NCBI GenBank assembly: GCA_965223425.1
Contig: OZ245003.1
Location: 544,001 to 608,000 of the forward strand
Reading direction: 5' to 3'
Length of the DNA stretch: 64,000 nucleotides
Source of the DNA: Nitrosopumilus sp.
GTDB taxonomy: Archaea; Thermoproteota; Nitrososphaeria; Nitrososphaerales; Nitrosopumilaceae
Shown here: piece after piece, positions 59,216 through 64,000 of the stretch
How positions within the stretch are numbered: the stretch's first letter is position 1
Layout of the letters: each line of letters opens with the position of its first letter
Position numbers and translations under genes: made by a program
The notes under the pieces: generated by a model
Database searches by the model: none
What the model saw: only the letters and a program-made list of their open reading frames with translations
What the model was told of the DNA's origin: nothing

Positions 59216-60790
59216 TTTCTTTGTTTGAATCCTGGGGGCAGACACTGATCTGCTTCTTGCATATTTGTCAATTATCTCGTCAGGAGTTCTTCCATTGAAG
59301 AGGTCTTTGCACAATCCTCTCAGATATCTCATAATTGCCCAAGTTCCTGCCTTGATAATTCCGTATATGAAGACCTTCATTGGCGGCCCATACGTCTTGT
59401 TTCTGAGAATAATTGGAATAATATCATTGATCACTCGCAGATTATTTTCCCAACATTTCCAAAATAGCGTAAATTGCGCTTCATTCAAGTTTCCAAAATG
59501 CATCGAGTTTTTTTCACTAAAGTCTTGATAGAGTAATGGCGCCACTAAACCCCTAAAGTCCATCTCCCTAAAATCACTCATCATGTCTATTGTGTATTGA
59601 GTGTCATCAGGTGTTTCATCAGGCCAGCCAATAATGATTGTTGCAGCTGGGAACCAATTATTTTCATTTAGAATCTTTGCGCCCTCTCTTACAACACTGC
59701 CCCATTCTTCAGTCGAGAATGGTTTTGTTTTTACACCAAGATGTTTCTTCACCATTGCTGGTGCTACTGTCTCAATTCCCAGGTTAGTTGCAAGCCATCT
59801 TCCGGTCTCATCTTGTTTATTGATGTGTGAGATTTGTCGCATCAGTGTAGGATCTGCTGCAACTGCTGAAAATGTCATATGTGTGGTTCCAATGAAGTTT
59901 GCCCCCAATCCTTTCAGTCCTTTCCACAAATCAGTAATTGCTTCCCTGTTTGGAATAAAGTCTCTATTGTCACACCCATAAAGTAGCATCTCATCAGAAT
60001 GTAGCCAAACAGAATCAAATCCATAATCCAGGTTGGTCTTTGCCTCATGCTGCAGTCTTTCTAATGGAAGATCTTTCTTTGATCTTTTGTTTACGTCACA
60101 AAAGTCACATCCTCTCCCACATCCCCTCATCGCTTCAATCAGGGAATTAATTGTGGGGCCTTCAATAACTGGAATATTTTCAAGGTTCCTAACAAAGCAA
60201 TGCATTAATTCTGGAGCATCGCCTTTCTCTAAATCTTGGAACAAGTCTACGGCTAGCTCATCTGCCTCGCCTACAACAACTGTATCTAGTCCATGAATTT
60301 TCATTCTATCTGATTTAGCTAATTCCCATGCACCGTTACCTCCAACTACAACTTTGAAGTCATGTTTCTTTTTGAGTTGAATAATACTGGCACACATTTT
60401 TTTGAATTTCATTGCAACATAGGATAGTTTTTCTGGTGACATTGTTGTCGTTACAGGAGCCATTCCTAATGGATCCATTACGTTGATTCCTACAACTTTG
60501 GTGTCAGGACCGATGGATTTGTGTAACATTTCTGGGTGTGCAAGAAAGACATCCTCTCTTTTGTATCCCCCTTGAAGTAATGAACTCTCTACCCTTCTCA
60601 ATCCCACTTGAGCGACTTTGACTTCTCCTGTAATTGGATCTGTCTCAACTGAGGGACAGAAAACTTTGTCAAAAACCCATTCAGGAAGAACTTCGTATGG
60701 TCCACATGCGATAAAACCGTACAGAAAATTTCCTCTATAATTTGTCATTAAACTACGATCTGCAGTAAGTACAACACGTTTGCCAGCCAA
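59210..60790 (-). CDS. B12-binding-domain radical SAM protein
   Basis: VVVGG...VVGEAD, RGCGRGCDFC. Confidence 0.9.
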   Translation of the reverse strand: MAGKRVVLTADRSLMTNYRGNFLYGFIACGPYEVLPEWVFDKVFCPSVETDPITGEVKVAQVGLRRVESSLLQGGYKREDVFLAHPEMLHKSIGPDTKVVGINVMDPLGMAPVTTTMSPEKLSYVAMKFKKMCASIIQLKKKHDFKVVVGGNGAWELAKSDRMKIHGLDTVVVGEADELAVDLFQDLEKGDAPELMHCFVRNLENIPVIEGPTINSLIEAMRGCGRGCDFCDVNKRSKKDLPLERLQHEAKTNLDYGFDSVWLHSDEMLLYGCDNRDFIPNREAITDLWKGLKGLGANFIGTTHMTFSAVAADPTLMRQISHINKQDETGRWLATNLGIETVAPAMVKKHLGVKTKPFSTEEWGSVVREGAKILNENNWFPAATIIIGWPDETPDDTQYTIDMMSDFREMDFRGLVAPLLYQDFSEKNSMHFGNLNEAQFTLFWKCWENNLRVINDIIPIILRNKTYGPPMKVFIYGIIKAGTWAIMRYLRGLCKDLFNGRTPDEIIDKYARSRSVSAPRIQTKKL

Positions 60791-60820
60791 CTACAGAACT
60801 TCGTTAAAGTATGCTATATA

Positions 60821-61615
60821 TCATTTACGAGATTGGTTGACCTCACTTTTCCTAACAGATCTGTTTGCAATATTTGCTGCAATTCCTCCGGCTGCAATCC
60901 CGTTATCAATATTTACTACTGATAATCCCAACGAACAGCTTTGAAGCATTGATGCAAGAGCAGCTATTCCTTTTTCTCCATATCCATATCCCACTGATGT
61001 TGGAATACCTATGATTGGAATGTCCACCATAGTGGAAACCAATGTGGCCAAAGCTCCCTCCATTCCGGCAGCTACTATGATGCAGTCCACATCTTCTTTT
61101 ATCATTTCTTTTAAAGCCGGAAAAACTCTTTGGATTCCTGCAACCCCGACATCATAACTTGTTATGCATTTACAATTCATGGCCTTACATACCAATCTTG
61201 ACTCTTCTGCTACCCCAATATCTGATGTTCCTGCTGTGATTATTCCTACCCTTCCTCCCTGAAATTTTATGGATTTCTTAAACAACAGCAATGATGATGA
61301 ATTTTTTCCTGTTTCCACTTTGACTTTTAATCTCTCTGCGAAGGATAATATTTTTGGATAGTCTTTTTTCTTGATTCTTGAAATAATTACTGAGTTGGTT
61401 TTTTCCAGAGTCTTCTTTGCAATTTTTTTGATTTCATCTAGCTCTTTAGTTTCTGCAAAAACTATCTCTGGAATTCCCCGTCTCTTTCTTCTGTTGATAT
61501 CGATTTTAGCAAAGCCTTCGACTTCTTCAATAGAGTATAATGAAAGGAGTTTTTTTGCATTATTAACTGAAATTTTTCCTGATTTCAATGATTGCAAAAT
61601 CTCATGAATTTCCAA
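60821..61615 (-). CDS. larB: Nickel-pincer cofactor biosynthesis protein LarB
   Basis: AGTSD.GVAEE, DVGVAG, AGMEGAL, PTSVGYG, VVNIDNG. Confidence 0.93.
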   Translation of the reverse strand: MEIHEILQSLKSGKISVNNAKKLLSLYSIEEVEGFAKIDINRRKRRGIPEIVFAETKELDEIKKIAKKTLEKTNSVIISRIKKKDYPKILSFAERLKVKVETGKNSSSLLLFKKSIKFQGGRVGIITAGTSDIGVAEESRLVCKAMNCKCITSYDVGVAGIQRVFPALKEMIKEDVDCIIVAAGMEGALATLVSTMVDIPIIGIPTSVGYGYGEKGIAALASMLQSCSLGLSVVNIDNGIAAGGIAANIANRSVRKSEVNQSRK

Positions 61616-61648
61616 TGATAATTTTTCTTTGTTTGTATAAAAAAAGGC

Positions 61649-62563
61649 TTAGATCCCAATGCCTGAGATGGCACTTTTTACGCTCTCAACTGCTTTCCCA
61701 AACACTTGTTTTTCTTCATCATTTAGGTCTAATTCGATAATTTTTTCTACGCCTTTCTTTCCGATAACTGCTGGAACCCCAATTGTAACATCTGAATGAC
61801 CATATTCCCCATCAATATATGTCGCAACTGGAATGACTTGTTTTCTGTCTCTTACAACTGATTCAACAATTGCAGAAATTGCATTTCCTGGGGCATGCAC
61901 TGTTGCACCTTTTAACTCGATAACTTTTGCTGCAACTTGTTTTGTATTTTGAACTAACTCTTCCAATTTTTCTTTTGAAAGAAATGACGTTAATGGAATT
62001 CCTGACACTGATGAAAATCTGGGTAATGGTAGCATATTTTCTCCATGCTCTCCAATCACCAGAGCTCTTATGGAATCACGAGAATGACCTGTTGCTTCAT
62101 GGATAAACTGCCTAAATCTTGACAAGTCAAGCATTCCACCCATTCCAAACACCCTGCTTCTGTCAAATCCTGAGGTTTTGTATGTGATGTATGCCATTGG
62201 ATCAAGTGGATTTGTTACCGGGATGATCATGGAATTATCTGCATATTTTTTGATATTTTCTACTACGCTTTTGACAATTGAGGAATTAATCTTCAAAAGA
62301 TCCATTCGCGTCATTCCTGGTTTTCTTCCAGAACCTGCAACAACTACCACTACATTTGAACCCCTCATGTCCTCGTAGTTGTTAGAACCTCTTACTTCTA
62401 CATCAATTCCTTGCTCTGATAGCATATGATTGATGTCCATTGCTTCTCCTTGTGGTAACCCCTCAACAACATCTAATAACAAAATTTGATCGTCTAACCG
62501 TTTTAATGCAGAGAATAATGCCGCATCTCCTCCTACTTTACCTGAACCAATTATAGTAATCAT
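61649..62563 (-). CDS. mdh: Malate dehydrogenase (LDH-like)
   Basis: [26 protein letters not shown]. Confidence 0.95.
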   Translation of the reverse strand: MITIIGSGKVGGDAALFSALKRLDDQILLLDVVEGLPQGEAMDINHMLSEQGIDVEVRGSNNYEDMRGSNVVVVVAGSGRKPGMTRMDLLKINSSIVKSVVENIKKYADNSMIIPVTNPLDPMAYITYKTSGFDRSRVFGMGGMLDLSRFRQFIHEATGHSRDSIRALVIGEHGENMLPLPRFSSVSGIPLTSFLSKEKLEELVQNTKQVAAKVIELKGATVHAPGNAISAIVESVVRDRKQVIPVATYIDGEYGHSDVTIGVPAVIGKKGVEKIIELDLNDEEKQVFGKAVESVKSAISGIGI

Positions 62564-62653
62564 GAATGACGCTGTTGATTTTCAATAATTAAATCTAATG
62601 AAATTCATGACCAATTAGGCGAATTTATAAGTATTTTTGATAATTTTTAATCA

Positions 62654-63877
62654 ATGGTTTTAGTAATTGATCCACAGATTGCAGGCATATCTGGAGACAT
62701 GCTTCTTTGCTCTTTAATGGATTTAGGTGCTGACAAAAATAAAATAATCAATGGAATCAAACAATCTGAAAAATTTTTCTCAAATTCCTCTATTAAAAAA
62801 CTTGATTTTCAAAAAATCCAAAAACACGGTGTTCAAGCTATGCAACTAGTTTTAGAAATTGAAGAGGATGTGCATGAAAGAAAAGGTTTGGAAATAAAAA
62901 AAGCAATCATTGATTCTACACATGCCCTTGGACTTTCAGAAAAAGCAAAAACATTTGCAAAATCTTGCATTGATACACTGATTTTTTCAGAATCTGAAAT
63001 TCATGGCATTTCTGAGAATTCTGTTCATTTCCATGAGGCCTCTAGTATTGATACACTTGTAGACATAGTTGGTATAACCATTGCATTAGAAGATTTAGGG
63101 CTGTTTGATGAAAAAATTGTCTGTTTGCCTATATCTGTTGGTGGTGGATCTATAACCTTTTCACATGGAACCATGTCAAATCCGGCAGGAGCGCTTCTTG
63201 AAATTTTTAAAGACTCAAATTTGATAATCAAGGGCAATGCTGCAAATGACGAACTCACAACTCCTACAGGTGCTTGTATTTTAGTGAATTTGACAAATAA
63301 TGCTGTGGAGTATTATCCTTCCATGAAAGTTAATTCCATTGGTTATGGTGCCGGACAAAAAGATTTTGAAACCTTTGCAAATGTTCTAAAAATCGTTCAA
63401 GGCTCTGAAAATGATTTTGAGATTGACTCAGTAAAGATTTTGGAAACAAACGTGGATGATGTTTCAGGTGAAATATTGGGAAATCTAATTGAAAAAATTA
63501 TGGGAAAAGGCGCAAAGGACGTTTCAATTTTTCATGGAATTACAAAAAAAGGACGGCCTACGAATCTTGTATCTGTAATTTGTAATGATGAAAATGTTGA
63601 TGAAATAGTTGACACACTAGTACTTGAAACTGGAACCTTGGGGATTCGAATTTCTGATTCTAATAGATTCACTGTTCCTAGAACCGTTCATAATGTCTCT
63701 CTTACTTTGAATGGACAGTCTTTTGCAGTAAATTACAAAAAATCCTCTTTTAAAGGAAAAACCGATTTTAAGATCGAATTTGATGATTTGAAGAATATCT
63801 CTAACATGCTTGACAAGTCCATCAAGGAAACAGAATCAATATTAAGAAAAGAGATTGAAAAATTGGAGAATTCATAA
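62654..63877 (+). CDS. larC: Nickel insertion protein LarC
   Basis: AGISGDM, VHFHE, ELTTPTGA, LETNVDD, KKGRP, ETGTLGIR. Confidence 0.94.
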   Translation: MVLVIDPQIAGISGDMLLCSLMDLGADKNKIINGIKQSEKFFSNSSIKKLDFQKIQKHGVQAMQLVLEIEEDVHERKGLEIKKAIIDSTHALGLSEKAKTFAKSCIDTLIFSESEIHGISENSVHFHEASSIDTLVDIVGITIALEDLGLFDEKIVCLPISVGGGSITFSHGTMSNPAGALLEIFKDSNLIIKGNAANDELTTPTGACILVNLTNNAVEYYPSMKVNSIGYGAGQKDFETFANVLKIVQGSENDFEIDSVKILETNVDDVSGEILGNLIEKIMGKGAKDVSIFHGITKKGRPTNLVSVICNDENVDEIVDTLVLETGTLGIRISDSNRFTVPRTVHNVSLTLNGQSFAVNYKKSSFKGKTDFKIEFDDLKNISNMLDKSIKETESILRKEIEKLENS

Positions 63878-64000
63878 TGACAAAACTTGATGATCTTATA
63901 GGTTGGTTTGAAGACAAGCATAAAGTGATGATAGCTCTTTCTGGCGGTGTTGACAGTGCGCTTGTTGCATATGCTGCATTTCAAAAATTAGGAAATTCTG
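63877..64000 (+). CDS. larE: LarE sulfur transferase, 3'-partial
   Basis: MTKLDDLIGWFEDKHKVMIALSGGVDSALVA PP-loop directly after larC. Confidence 0.8.
   Translation, partial: MTKLDDLIGWFEDKHKVMIALSGGVDSALVAYAAFQKLGNS

Overview
Chromosomal segment of an ammonia-oxidising archaeon (Nitrosopumilus-like Thaumarchaeota). The GC-rich giant surface protein and many IS elements suggest a host-associated lineage, which is inference only. The AT-rich backbone carries housekeeping genes: ABCE1, 5S rRNA, non-oxidative pentose phosphate genes, the gltX/isoprenoid operon, rps2-eno-rpoN, a liv ABC transporter, cobT, glmS, rps4/rps13, a multicopper oxidase-ZIP pair, larB/C/E and mdh. Five accessory parts interrupt it. 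(1) A GC-rich modular surface protein runs in from the left edge. (2) A ~4.1 kb island at tRNA-His holds a head-to-tail array of unrelated genes all joined by one conserved junction (consensus GAAAATGAAAACTAGA). This junction supplies the start of the next gene and stops in the other two frames, and orphan half-cassettes sit at both ends; it is a candidate gene-cassette shuffling system. (3) A 3.1 kb tyrosine-integrase element is integrated in the 3' end of mvk with a 12-bp direct repeat. (4) An ISH3-family IS. (5) A tnpB gene bounded by perfect 26-bp terminal inverted repeats resembling IS6 ends, itself interrupted by an IS630 and a ~100-bp MITE. All calls come from reading the sequence and recalling protein families; no searches were run.
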